This document shows, piece by piece, positions 36,584 through 46,448 of a DNA stretch of 64,000 nt (within the stretch, counting starts at the first letter, position 1; every line of letters starts with the position of its first letter). Location: positions 236,173 to 300,172 of the forward strand of contig JBPOIB010000001.1 of NCBI GenBank assembly GCA_052034935.1, read 5' to 3'. Position numbers and translations under genes: made by a program. The notes under the pieces are model-generated. The model saw only the letters and a program-made list of their open reading frames with translations, had not been told where the DNA came from and searched no databases. Source of the DNA: Candidatus Moraniibacteriota bacterium (lineage in GTDB: Bacteria > Patescibacteriota > Minisyncoccia > Moranbacterales > UBA1568).

Positions 36584-38073
36584 AACACTTCTCCCGCTCA
36601 CTCGTCTGGCTCACCGCTTCCGAGATCGCCTTTAATGTGGCCGCCTACATCGTCCACTCAGTCGTCGGGCGCATCCTCGGACCCGCCGACTACGGCCGTT
36701 ACGGGCTCGTGGTCACCTTCACAACCATGATCATCGTCCTCATCGGGAACGGCATCCCGACCGCGATGTCGAAATACCTGAGCGAGGTGCTCGAGGCGAA
36801 TCCTGGTCGGATCAAGGCGATCAAGCGAAAAACCGCCACCCTTCAAGTCATCATCATCGGCGCCGTGACGGCCGTATTTTTCCTCGTGTCTCCGCTCATC
36901 GCAGCACTTCTCCATGATCCCTCCCTCACCCCGCTCTTCCAACTCTCATCACTTGTCATCCCAGCCTTCGCAGCGGCCTCGTTCTATCATTACTACCTCA
37001 TCGGGCTTCATCTCTTCCGGATTCAGGCAATTGTAAAGATTATCCGTTCCTTCGCGCGAGTCGGATGCATCGCTCTCGCTGCCATCTATTTCGGCCTTGA
37101 TGGCGCGATTGCTGGGTACATCCTCGCGCCGCTCCTCACCTTCATCGCAGTCGTCCTCATAGACGAATTCTATATCAAACGCCACCTCGGCCTGGGTAAG
37201 GAAATAGGGAAGACTGGCTTCCAGTTTCCGGCTAAAATACTCCTCAATTATGCTGGCCCGCTCACGCTCTTTCTCATTTTTTATGAGCTTATCCTCACGC
37301 TCGATCTCTACTTCGTGAAAGCTCTCCTCCAGGACGACCACCTGACCGGACTCTACAATGCAGCGATCACCGTCGGTCGCATCCCATACTACCTCTTCGC
37401 GGCACTCGCGATGATCATGCTCCCCGCGATCTCAAAAACCACCGCCGAGCGTAATGACGCCGAAACCACCTCGCTCGTCGAGCGCTCGCTCCGCCTCCTC
37501 GCACTCATCCTCTTTCCACTCGTCGCACTCCTCTCAGCCTATGCAAACGAAATCCTCCATCTCTTCTACGGAAGCCGCTACGACGGCGCGGCGGCAGCCA
37601 TGCAAGTCTTTGCGGTCGGTGTCGGCTTCCTCACCGTCTTCTATGTCCTCGCCTTCGCACTCAACGGCGCCGGACTCGTGAAGATACCGCTCCGCCTTTC
37701 GTTCGCCGGTTTTTTCGGCATGCTTGTCCTCAATTTCGCCCTCATCCCGCCCTTTGGCATCGTCGGCGCCGCCCTCGCGACGACCATCATCTCTGGACTC
37801 CTCATGCTCGGCATTCTCGTCTACACCGAAATCAACTTCCACGCCAAGCTCTCGATCCGCCTCATCCTCATCTCTCTTGTCACTGCCATCGGTATCGCTC
37901 TCCTTGCTGTCTCTATCCCCCCAGCCGGACCTTGGAGTTTCCTTGTCTCTGGTACCATCCTCGCCGCGCTGTATTACGGTGTGCTCCGACTTTTTGGTGA
38001 GCTCACCGATGATGATATCGCCCCGCTTTTGAAAGCATTTTCTCGAAAGAAGTCTGACTCTCAGGAATCTTGA
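36580..38073 (+). CDS. Wzx-type flippase / polysaccharide export protein (MOP superfamily)
   Basis: About 14 TM, RILGPADYG.Y, GLYNAA, LIPPFGIVGAA. Confidence 0.92.
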   Translation: MKHFSRSLVWLTASEIAFNVAAYIVHSVVGRILGPADYGRYGLVVTFTTMIIVLIGNGIPTAMSKYLSEVLEANPGRIKAIKRKTATLQVIIIGAVTAVFFLVSPLIAALLHDPSLTPLFQLSSLVIPAFAAASFYHYYLIGLHLFRIQAIVKIIRSFARVGCIALAAIYFGLDGAIAGYILAPLLTFIAVVLIDEFYIKRHLGLGKEIGKTGFQFPAKILLNYAGPLTLFLIFYELILTLDLYFVKALLQDDHLTGLYNAAITVGRIPYYLFAALAMIMLPAISKTTAERNDAETTSLVERSLRLLALILFPLVALLSAYANEILHLFYGSRYDGAAAAMQVFAVGVGFLTVFYVLAFALNGAGLVKIPLRLSFAGFFGMLVLNFALIPPFGIVGAALATTIISGLLMLGILVYTEINFHAKLSIRLILISLVTAIGIALLAVSIPPAGPWSFLVSGTILAALYYGVLRLFGELTDDDIAPLLKAFSRKKSDSQES

Positions 38074-38114
38074 TTCTTGTTCCGTTCAGAGAAAAAAGTT
38101 GTTTATTGTTTTTG

Positions 38115-38152
38115 AAAAATAAAAAGCCCCGAGTCACAAGGGAAACGGGGTT
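38115..38152 (-). terminator. Rho-independent terminator (minus strand)
   Basis: CCCCG/CGGGG stem followed on the minus strand by CTTTTTATTTTT. Confidence 0.6.
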
Positions 38153-38433
38153 GTGTGGGGCGAGTCAGCATAGCTCGAGCCACTATTACCTGTAACTAGC
38201 AATGAAGGCAGTGGCATCGCTGATATCGAGGTCGACCAGCTGATTCAATGCGGTGTGCTTACCGTCAAACTACCAGCGGTGGGGATGAGTTGAAGATGGC
38301 GCGATGACAGGACACGATTGGTGCATTCTGAAATTCTGGAGGAAAAAAGACTTTATAGTCCAGGGAGACCTCAGTCTTTATCTTCTCTTGGGGCCTAGTC
38401 TCTTCCACTAGCGCGTAAATAAGGATTTTGATT

Positions 38434-39969
38434 CTACCGTCCCCAACGGTAGACCGTGATGTCACCACGGACATTAGCGTTACTGACGCGTTCCCAGTTT
38501 TTTATGATGTACGGCTCGACATCGGCAGAGATATAGTCCTCATCATTGCCGGAATAGACGAACCAGCCGGACAGATGCTCGGCCTCGATTTTTTGGATGT
38601 CGGCCAGGGAAAGCTTCTTATCGGAGAGTTCGCCGCCGAAATCAAAGACGGGTAGCTTCGCGCCGCTCCAGTAGTAATTACGGAAATTGCGCGCGATGAG
38701 GACATCGCCTTCGGTCTTTTCTTTCTTCACGAAGGTGAAGACTTTGCGATAATTCGGATTGCCGCCCGTCGAGGTCTCGTGATAGGTGTTGTTTTCAGCG
38801 AAGAAATAGGCCAGATTTGGGACAAGAAGGGAAAGACAGAGTCCCACAAAGACAGTGCGACGGATATCCCATGGACCACTTTTCTCTCGGACCCATTCAA
38901 AGAGAGCAACGATACCAGTCGCAGCCAGGATCATCCCGAACGACTGGATAAAATAAATGTACTGCGGGCCGACATTCCGATTCCACATGAAGACCGCCAT
39001 GAAAAGCGGTACGGCATAGGCCAGGGTGAGATAGAGCGCTGCATTCGGTCGAACGAGATTACTCACGAACAACTTCCAGGCACCCAAGATAATGAGAAGC
39101 ACTCCAATGACTGGGGTGGCAAAGTCAGAGAGAGCATGAGTGAGATAGCCGAAGTGGTCTTCAAAGAAGACAAAACCGTTCATGAGGAGCCGGATGACAC
39201 TCGGAACAAAGATCGCGGAAAGGATAAGTACAAGCACCCCGAGCGCGAGCGAAGTCCCGTATTTGTTCCGGATACTCCCCGACTGATGGTATTCCTGAAC
39301 CGTCCGGACGACGAGATAGACACCGAGTGAGATGAAGAGATTGAGCGTCAGCTGATGCACGGAGGCCGAGAGAATACCAAACACGAGGGTGAGAAAAGCG
39401 TACAGCGGATGAATTCCGAAACGCTCCGAGAGAGACCGGAGTGAACGAATCGCACCCTCATACCGGAGCTCATACGCAGCATATACAGCCGTCGCAAAGC
39501 CGAGATACAGCGGAAAAAACATCGCGTACATCCGCAGGCGCCGACTGAAGACAATCGCTGAAACGCTCACCGCACACAGAAGTGCTGCGACGAGGCCGAT
39601 TTCGCGACGACGAGTGAAGATGAGCGCCGACCAATAGACGACCAGGATGGAAAAGAGGCCCCAGAGAGCGCTCACACTTCGTGCCACACCCTCGGTCGGT
39701 GGGAGAAACGAAAAAAGAGCAGCCACCTGCCACTTGTAGACGAAGGCCCGTTCATCGCGAGCATCGTTGACATTCATCTCGGCCGGCTCGCCGTAATTGA
39801 AATCCCAGGCTTTCCAGAGACCAGTCTGATGATAGCCGTACGTCGAATTGATATCGAGGAACTCGTCTGCGACGAAAGAATTCGTCCCGAGACCAGCGAA
39901 GCGAAGTACTGCGCCAAGCGCGAGAAGAACGAATAGGGCACGGAAAACGTTTTTCTGAGAAATTTCCAT
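38434..39969 (-). CDS. GT-C (PMT/ArnT-like, GT39/83) membrane glycosyltransferase
   Basis: LRF..L...SFVADE first-loop acidic pair, ARSVSALWG, SRRLRMYAM; multi-TM. Confidence 0.82.
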   Translation of the reverse strand: MEISQKNVFRALFVLLALGAVLRFAGLGTNSFVADEFLDINSTYGYHQTGLWKAWDFNYGEPAEMNVNDARDERAFVYKWQVAALFSFLPPTEGVARSVSALWGLFSILVVYWSALIFTRRREIGLVAALLCAVSVSAIVFSRRLRMYAMFFPLYLGFATAVYAAYELRYEGAIRSLRSLSERFGIHPLYAFLTLVFGILSASVHQLTLNLFISLGVYLVVRTVQEYHQSGSIRNKYGTSLALGVLVLILSAIFVPSVIRLLMNGFVFFEDHFGYLTHALSDFATPVIGVLLIILGAWKLFVSNLVRPNAALYLTLAYAVPLFMAVFMWNRNVGPQYIYFIQSFGMILAATGIVALFEWVREKSGPWDIRRTVFVGLCLSLLVPNLAYFFAENNTYHETSTGGNPNYRKVFTFVKKEKTEGDVLIARNFRNYYWSGAKLPVFDFGGELSDKKLSLADIQKIEAEHLSGWFVYSGNDEDYISADVEPYIIKNWERVSNANVRGDITVYRWGR

Positions 39970-39986
39970 AGGCGGGATATAACGAA

Positions 39987-42293
39987 TTACTCTTTCCACT
40001 TGAGACCATCGGAATCATTGAACGTGAGTGTTCTTTCTTCGATGACTGGCGCTTCATTCGGTTGGAGCCGAAGAATATAGCCGAGTGACTTCGATTCCTT
40101 CTCCAGTCCGACGGCCGTATCATCGAATACGAATCCCTGTGAATAGACGATCCGACCGGACTGGTAAGCCTCGCTCTCGACAGGAATCGACAGGCCAGAT
40201 CCGAGGACAAGCGTCGCGCCTGCTTCGACGAAGCTCTGAGCGACCTTCTTGCGTTCTTCGTTCAGGCTCGCGCCAAGCGCGCGGTCCCAGACGAGATATG
40301 TGACAACTACCCGGTCGGATTCTTTCGCTCGCGCAATACTCGCGCGAAGCTTCTCCGGATCAGCCGTCTTCGTCTCACGATACTCAAAAAATGAAAGTTT
40401 TGCATGGAGGAGCGGTTGCATTTCGATCGTCCCACTGACTGAAATCGTGCCGTCGGCTGGTCCGCCGAAAGACTTCACCCCCGCCTGAGAGAGATTACTC
40501 GTGGTCTTTTCAAAACTCTCAGCTTTCTCTCGAGCGAAAGGCAGCGTGCTCCCGAGATGCATGAAGCGGATGTTCGCAGCGCCAAAGACATTGGAAAAGC
40601 GTGTCGGAAAAGAGAGCACGGCAGCCGAATCGGTCGGTGGTACTGGATCAGCGTCCGTGAGAAACGGCACAGCGAGACTCCCAGTAACGAGATCGAAGCG
40701 ACGGAATTCATCTTTCAGCCCCTGAAGAAAAAAATCATCACTCCCCTTCACAACACCTCGGCGAAGCTTCGGGTGATAGGCGAGATCGCCGAGGAAGAGA
40801 ACTTCCCGGACACGGCCCCGGTCTTGAAGCGAGAGCGCCTTCTCTTCTGCCGAAAGAAGACTTGGCGTAGTACGCCGCGCTTCGATAAGCTTCTTCATCC
40901 AGCCGAAGAGGGAAAAACTGCAGGACTGACCAGCAGCGAGCGATGACTCGATTGATGCCTGCGCTTCCCGGATACTCCCGATTGCTTCTTCCGCAAGACG
41001 GCGGTTCGCATCGAACTCGAGAAGGAGGGATTCTTTCTCGATTACTTCAAGAACCGGCGCCATCTCAGCGAGCGCGAGACGGAGTGCCTTTTCGGTGCGC
41101 ACATCATCGCCAGTGAAGAAGCACTGTGTTTTCGAACGGGAAGCGAGCGATGCCTCGGAAGCGCGGAGACGCTCAGTGATTCCGGCGAGAGCAAGCAGCG
41201 ACGGATTGATGTGATCGGCCTCGCGCGAGAGACGCATATCGTCATATTCCTTCCGAGCAGCTGCGGCCTTCGCGGCTCGATCGGCAAGCATCTCGCTGGT
41301 GAGCATCAGCGTCTTCGCCTCAGCCGCTTCTTCGGCCTTCTTCTTCTCTTCCGCTTCGAAGAGAATACGCTCCTCGTCGGTCATGATCTTGCAGCTCTTG
41401 GCAATCTCGCCGTCGCGATTATCAGCGAATGTATTGCCCGAGATCCGAAGCGAATTCAGGAAATAGAACCGCGACGACCCGCCCTGTGGTGCCTTACAGT
41501 CGATGCCCCAGTCGTTCTTACTCAGACGGTTACCTTCGATCTTCACATCGCCGACATCCTTGGCGCCCTTGAAAAACTGTGTCGCGATGCCGCTCGCCCC
41601 GTTGCCTGAGAACGTACTTGATCGAATGACGAGATTCGAATCGCCGAGGACGACTTCGATTCCTGACTCACCGTTGTCACGAAACTCGCTCTTCTCGATC
41701 GTCCCGGACACTTTTTCCCGAATATCGAGCCCCTCTTCGGTATTATCGCGGACTTCAAGTCCTTCGAACTTCACTTCATTCCCTGCCTGCATATAGAGAC
41801 CTTTCCGGGAACCTTCAATCACCGAATCACGAACCGTGATCGTCCCTCGTCCTTCTTCGGCTTTGATACCGACAATCGGGGCGTTTTTCACACGGACTTT
41901 CTCGATCGCGACGTCTGCCCCTTTGAGCGCAAGGATATTCCCACCGCTCGCGAGCGTCACTTTGGACAGCTTGGTGTCGTCCCCCATCTGGACGAGGCCG
42001 GTGATGATGACATCACCCTGGTCGGCGCCCGTGAGCGCTACCCCTTTCGGCAAGGTGAATCCTTCGGAGTACGACCCCTTGGCTACATAGATCGAGTCGC
42101 CGCCTTTGTCCCTCAATTCGTCGAGTGCATCGCTGATCGAGCCGAAAGGGCTTCCTTCCGACCCGTCGCCGCTCTCGCCGTCTTTCACATAATAATCATA
42201 CGAGGCAGCCTCTGCCGTCGGTATCGCTGCCATGAAAAAAACGGCTATTGCCAGAGACTGCCGGAGAAAAGAAGTGGTTTTCGTGAAAAGCAT
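39987..42293 (-). CDS. Secreted right-handed beta-helix protein fused to a degenerate CapA-like domain
   Basis: Signal peptide, YYV..GDGS..SPF.SI..A, DN.E.G repeats, coiled region, C-terminal FLGD...AGATLVLG...YSQGFVFD. Confidence 0.75.
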   Translation of the reverse strand: MLFTKTTSFLRQSLAIAVFFMAAIPTAEAASYDYYVKDGESGDGSEGSPFGSISDALDELRDKGGDSIYVAKGSYSEGFTLPKGVALTGADQGDVIITGLVQMGDDTKLSKVTLASGGNILALKGADVAIEKVRVKNAPIVGIKAEEGRGTITVRDSVIEGSRKGLYMQAGNEVKFEGLEVRDNTEEGLDIREKVSGTIEKSEFRDNGESGIEVVLGDSNLVIRSSTFSGNGASGIATQFFKGAKDVGDVKIEGNRLSKNDWGIDCKAPQGGSSRFYFLNSLRISGNTFADNRDGEIAKSCKIMTDEERILFEAEEKKKAEEAAEAKTLMLTSEMLADRAAKAAAARKEYDDMRLSREADHINPSLLALAGITERLRASEASLASRSKTQCFFTGDDVRTEKALRLALAEMAPVLEVIEKESLLLEFDANRRLAEEAIGSIREAQASIESSLAAGQSCSFSLFGWMKKLIEARRTTPSLLSAEEKALSLQDRGRVREVLFLGDLAYHPKLRRGVVKGSDDFFLQGLKDEFRRFDLVTGSLAVPFLTDADPVPPTDSAAVLSFPTRFSNVFGAANIRFMHLGSTLPFAREKAESFEKTTSNLSQAGVKSFGGPADGTISVSGTIEMQPLLHAKLSFFEYRETKTADPEKLRASIARAKESDRVVVTYLVWDRALGASLNEERKKVAQSFVEAGATLVLGSGLSIPVESEAYQSGRIVYSQGFVFDDTAVGLEKESKSLGYILRLQPNEAPVIEERTLTFNDSDGLKWKE

Positions 42294-42307
42294 GTCTGCG
42301 TTCGTTA

Positions 42308-44074
42308 TTACTCGGCTGATTCGTCGGCATCCTCTTCGTCGAGGAGCGGATCCGAGTTGCGCTCGAAGAATTCGTTCCAGGTATAGCGCGGCGGCGCCGT
42401 CGAGACGCTCGGCTTCAGCTTGGTGAAATCCTGACGTTCGCCCTCAATCACCTCAGGAAGCGGAAAGAGTTCGATTGCGAGCAGCGTTCCGAACGAAGTC
42501 GTCTCGCCAACCGTATAGCTTTTGCGGTACTTCGCGAGACCCGTCTCGAGATTCGATTGCGCTCGGACGATCAGATAATAGACGCCCTGCCGGTAGATAC
42601 CATCGAAACCGAGCACGGCATTGTCGAGCCCGCGTTTGGTGATGAGATACTTCAGCGCCCGCCGGTACTGCGGCTCATTGAACATGTAGATTGGATATCC
42701 AGTCTCGAGCGAGCGTTGCTCCAGAAAATCCACCATCCGTTCCTGCTGCTCGAACGTGACGCGGATCTTTTCCTTCAGGATACGGTCAGGAACATTCTCG
42801 ACCGCTTCCGTGCCGGCCCGGCTCATTTCGCCGAGCCGGGTGGCAAGCGACACGAGGTTGGCGAGAATGAGCGCCGCAATCGTAACACCGAAGACGATTC
42901 CGGCCCATCGGCTGAACCGGCCGCCGGAAATCCGGGAAAGAGCCGCGAAGAAAAGACCGATCAGGATGATGAAGAATGGTCCGGAGAGGAGAAAGAATCG
43001 AGGTGCGGTGCCGTAGGAGAGAGGGAGAAAGAGCGTGAACGTCACTCCCACCCAAATACCGGAAAGGATGAGGAAGTCTCGCTTTTTCCGATCCGTTTCA
43101 CGACAGAGAAGCCATACGAACGCTACAAGCGAAAGGAAAAGAGCGATGACGCCCAGCGTGCCGTACCATTTCCCATCATCGCATTTCTCGGGACAGTTCC
43201 ACTTGAGCCGTCCCTCGATGACGAAGGAGGGAAAATCAGCGCCTTCGAAACCGGTCGTCACAACAATGGCATGAAGCGCGTGTTCGGAGACGTTCCGGAT
43301 CGCCTTCTCCAGAAGCGGATGATCTTCGCGATTCGATTTTTCGGTGATCGCCCCCCAGAATTCCTCCAGGTTCTGGCCGCCGGTCTCGATTTCATTCAGC
43401 ACCATCGGAAAATAGAGAGCGAAGACAATACCGACGGCGGCGACCCACGTCCGGCCCCGGTAGCGCGGACGCTTGACGAGGAGATAGAGGACGAGAGCGG
43501 TCGGGGCCGCCAGAAAGACGAGGAAGTGGAAGTGGGTGGCGAAGGCGAGAGCCGCGACCGCGGCGAGGAACCAGCGGCCCGGGTGACGTTCGCCGGTTTC
43601 CGTCGCTCGGAGCAGCGCATAAAGACCGAGGAGGACGAAGAAGGGTATCAGGTTGGGATTCCAGGCAAAGCGGCCATACATGACGAAAAACTCAGAAACG
43701 GCAAAGATAGCGGTCAGTCCGAGCGACCAGGAGTCACCAAAGAAACGCCGCGCCAAGAGGAAGAATATCGGGATCGAGAGTACGGAGAAAATGAGTACGA
43801 ACGCCGCCATACCCGCCGGACTGCCGCCGAAAACGAGAGCGCTCAGGTATTCCAGGTAATAGAAACCGGGAGCGAGCCGGAGATAGGTGCCGCCCGCCTT
43901 CGGCCCGAGCAGCGGGAGCTCTCCGGGTCCGCCTTCGAGCGCGGAGTCAATGACGATCGCATCGCGCGCCTGATCGAGCTCAAAATGCAGCCAGTCGGAG
44001 AAGTGGTAGGCACGCAGGAAAAACCCGACCGCGACCAGGGCGACGAGAGCGAAGATAACCTGATTCTTTTTCAT
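42308..44074 (-). CDS. GT-C (ArnT/PMT-like) membrane glycosyltransferase
   Basis: FLRAY..LHFELDQARD, PLLGP, FYYL, RFAWNPN; multi-TM. Confidence 0.82.
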   Translation of the reverse strand: MKKNQVIFALVALVAVGFFLRAYHFSDWLHFELDQARDAIVIDSALEGGPGELPLLGPKAGGTYLRLAPGFYYLEYLSALVFGGSPAGMAAFVLIFSVLSIPIFFLLARRFFGDSWSLGLTAIFAVSEFFVMYGRFAWNPNLIPFFVLLGLYALLRATETGERHPGRWFLAAVAALAFATHFHFLVFLAAPTALVLYLLVKRPRYRGRTWVAAVGIVFALYFPMVLNEIETGGQNLEEFWGAITEKSNREDHPLLEKAIRNVSEHALHAIVVTTGFEGADFPSFVIEGRLKWNCPEKCDDGKWYGTLGVIALFLSLVAFVWLLCRETDRKKRDFLILSGIWVGVTFTLFLPLSYGTAPRFFLLSGPFFIILIGLFFAALSRISGGRFSRWAGIVFGVTIAALILANLVSLATRLGEMSRAGTEAVENVPDRILKEKIRVTFEQQERMVDFLEQRSLETGYPIYMFNEPQYRRALKYLITKRGLDNAVLGFDGIYRQGVYYLIVRAQSNLETGLAKYRKSYTVGETTSFGTLLAIELFPLPEVIEGERQDFTKLKPSVSTAPPRYTWNEFFERNSDPLLDEEDADESAE

Positions 44075-44184
44075 ACGGACAAACGCTTTCTTTTTCGGCC
44101 TTTTTTCGCTAGAATAGTCGTGAATTGAGGCGCCGACAATTGATTTATTTTACCCTTTTTCGGGGTTTTCGCACAACACCTCCT

Positions 44185-46446
44185 ATGCCCCTTGTTTCCC
44201 TATCCCGACTCATGGCGGCACTGCTTTCCCTGACCGCCTTTTTCTTTGTCGCTCGCCAGGTTCCGGACCTCGCAGCCTTCCATTTGGGAGATATCAACCG
44301 ACCTTTCTACCTGACTTTTTTTGTCTTGGGTACAGTTCTCATCGCCGTACTCTTGCGCCAAAGCGGACGGAATTTCCGGCGACTCTTTCCACTCGTCCTC
44401 CGCTTTCTCCTCCCGATGGAACTCATCCTCGGGGCTGGACTCTTCCTTTCAACCAATTTTCACCTCCTCGTTTCTCTCAATGTCGGGATCTATTTCCTCA
44501 CCCTCTTCGGTTACTGGGCCATCCGGACCGCCAAACGTGAACAGACTCTCGAAACGGCCGAGGCAGATGTTCCATCCGCGACTGCCGGATGGGTGGAACG
44601 CTATGGGAAAAAAGAGCTCTTTGTCGTTCTTTTCCTCACTGCTCTCTTCTTTTCCTTCGGTGCCTCACATCTCAGCCGTTTCGCCGCGGTCGATGAGCCG
44701 CTCTGGCTCGAAGGCCGGATTCCGAAATTCTGGAAAAATCTCGGCGAGGGCGACCTTCAGAAGACCAATATTAGTGACAAGCCCGGCATCACCGTGACCT
44801 ACGCCACCGGCCCGGGCCTCTTCTTCGTTGATCCGAAGCAGTACATCGATACCCGCTTCGTCTACAGCGAAAAGAATCCTGACGCCGACATCACCGATCT
44901 GTACCTCGCCTTCCGGCTCCCACTCCTCATCGTCATCACTCTTTTCCTTCCCTGTTTCTACTTTTTACTCTCACCGCTCATTGGCCGACGAAGCGCGCTC
45001 TTCTCATACGCCTTCATTGCACTCTCACCCATCCTCATCGGCATGAGTCGCATCATCAATCCGGACTCGCTCCTCTGGCTCTTCGTTCCGCTTTCCTTCA
45101 TCGCCTACCTCAATTTCCTCGAGAAGCGGCGTTTCTCTTTCCTCTTCATCTCCGCGCTTTTCCTCGGACTCGGTCTCTTGACCAAGTACGTGGCGAACTT
45201 CCTCCTCGTCTACTTTTTTGCTTTCATTTTCTTCTCCTATCTCTACAGCCGGCGCCGCGCCCCGATCGCTTTCGCTGAGCACTTCAGGAGAGAATTAGCT
45301 GCTTTCGGCCTCTGGCTCGGCACCGGACTGTCAGTGTTCTACCTCCTCCTCCCAGCCGTCTGGCAAGAGCCACAAGAACTCTTCACCAGCACAATTCTGA
45401 GCGAAGCCTTCGAAAAGGTCGCACCAATTTTCGTTCTTGTTATCCTCCTTATCCTCATCGATCGGCGCTTTTTCCAGTCACGAGCTGCAACCGCCACTAT
45501 GGCTTTTTTTGTTCAGCAAAAGGACCGGCTTGAACGTCTATTTCTCGCGATTTTCACTCTCGCCGTCGGCATCACTCTCCTCAACGGCATACTCGGTATG
45601 CCCTGGCTCGATTTCATGGAAATTGTCGCCTCACCGAAGAGCATTTCTCAGACACAAGGAGCGATTGGGATTTTCCTTGCAAATTTCTTTCCACTCCTCT
45701 TTGGAGTCCCCGTCATCACCCTCGGTTTCCTCCTCATCGCAACGGGAAATGCCGCGCGGCGGACCGCCATAGAGACTCCTGAGCGTATTCTCACCCTCAG
45801 CATCATTCTTTTCATTCTTCTCTACTATCTCGGCTCAACCGTGAACGAAGTCGTCCTCATCAATCGGTATCAGATCGTCCTCTATCCGCTCGCGAGCATC
45901 CTCGCGGGACTTGGTGCAAGTGCCTGCTTTGATTTTCTCCGCGGCCGGTATGCCCGCTTCGCCACGCTTGATGAACGATTCCTTCCTAGTATCCTCATCA
46001 TCATATTACCGCTCGTCATCACCCTCCTCGCGACACCGTTTCCCATGAGTTATACCTCGCCGCTTCTCCCCGACCAGTACACCATCGATATCAAGGACAT
46101 GGGCAACGGAAGCTACGAGGCGGCAGAATACCTGAACAGCCTCCCCGATGCCCGGTCAATGGCCATCTGGACTGATAAGCGCGGCGTCTGTAAATTCTTC
46201 CTGGGCGAGTGCACCGACGGCTTTGACTTCGACAACATACCGACGGACGAGATTGATTACATTGTCATTTCATCAGGGCGTGAGAGCCGGACAGAACGAA
46301 TGATGGCGAACCCGTACGTCCTGAATGACGAGGGTCTCATCCGCTTCGACACCTATTACTCGCGCACGGACGCCGACTTCGAGCTCCTCATCAACGGCCG
46401 GCCCTCACACTACGTCCGTGTCTTTCGCTTCGAACCTGAATCATAG
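44185..46446 (+). CDS. GT-C (PMT-like) membrane glycosyltransferase
   Basis: VDEPLW, DKPG, RIINPDS, LLTK; multi-TM; start at MPLVSL. Confidence 0.8.
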   Translation: MPLVSLSRLMAALLSLTAFFFVARQVPDLAAFHLGDINRPFYLTFFVLGTVLIAVLLRQSGRNFRRLFPLVLRFLLPMELILGAGLFLSTNFHLLVSLNVGIYFLTLFGYWAIRTAKREQTLETAEADVPSATAGWVERYGKKELFVVLFLTALFFSFGASHLSRFAAVDEPLWLEGRIPKFWKNLGEGDLQKTNISDKPGITVTYATGPGLFFVDPKQYIDTRFVYSEKNPDADITDLYLAFRLPLLIVITLFLPCFYFLLSPLIGRRSALFSYAFIALSPILIGMSRIINPDSLLWLFVPLSFIAYLNFLEKRRFSFLFISALFLGLGLLTKYVANFLLVYFFAFIFFSYLYSRRRAPIAFAEHFRRELAAFGLWLGTGLSVFYLLLPAVWQEPQELFTSTILSEAFEKVAPIFVLVILLILIDRRFFQSRAATATMAFFVQQKDRLERLFLAIFTLAVGITLLNGILGMPWLDFMEIVASPKSISQTQGAIGIFLANFFPLLFGVPVITLGFLLIATGNAARRTAIETPERILTLSIILFILLYYLGSTVNEVVLINRYQIVLYPLASILAGLGASACFDFLRGRYARFATLDERFLPSILIIILPLVITLLATPFPMSYTSPLLPDQYTIDIKDMGNGSYEAAEYLNSLPDARSMAIWTDKRGVCKFFLGECTDGFDFDNIPTDEIDYIVISSGRESRTERMMANPYVLNDEGLIRFDTYYSRTDADFELLINGRPSHYVRVFRFEPES

Positions 46447-46448
46447 AC

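Noticed and set aside
42557-44128. 523 aa plus-strand ORF
   Set aside because: Antisense shadow of the GT-C gene 42308-44074; no motifs, and its composition is the reverse complement of hydrophobic codons.
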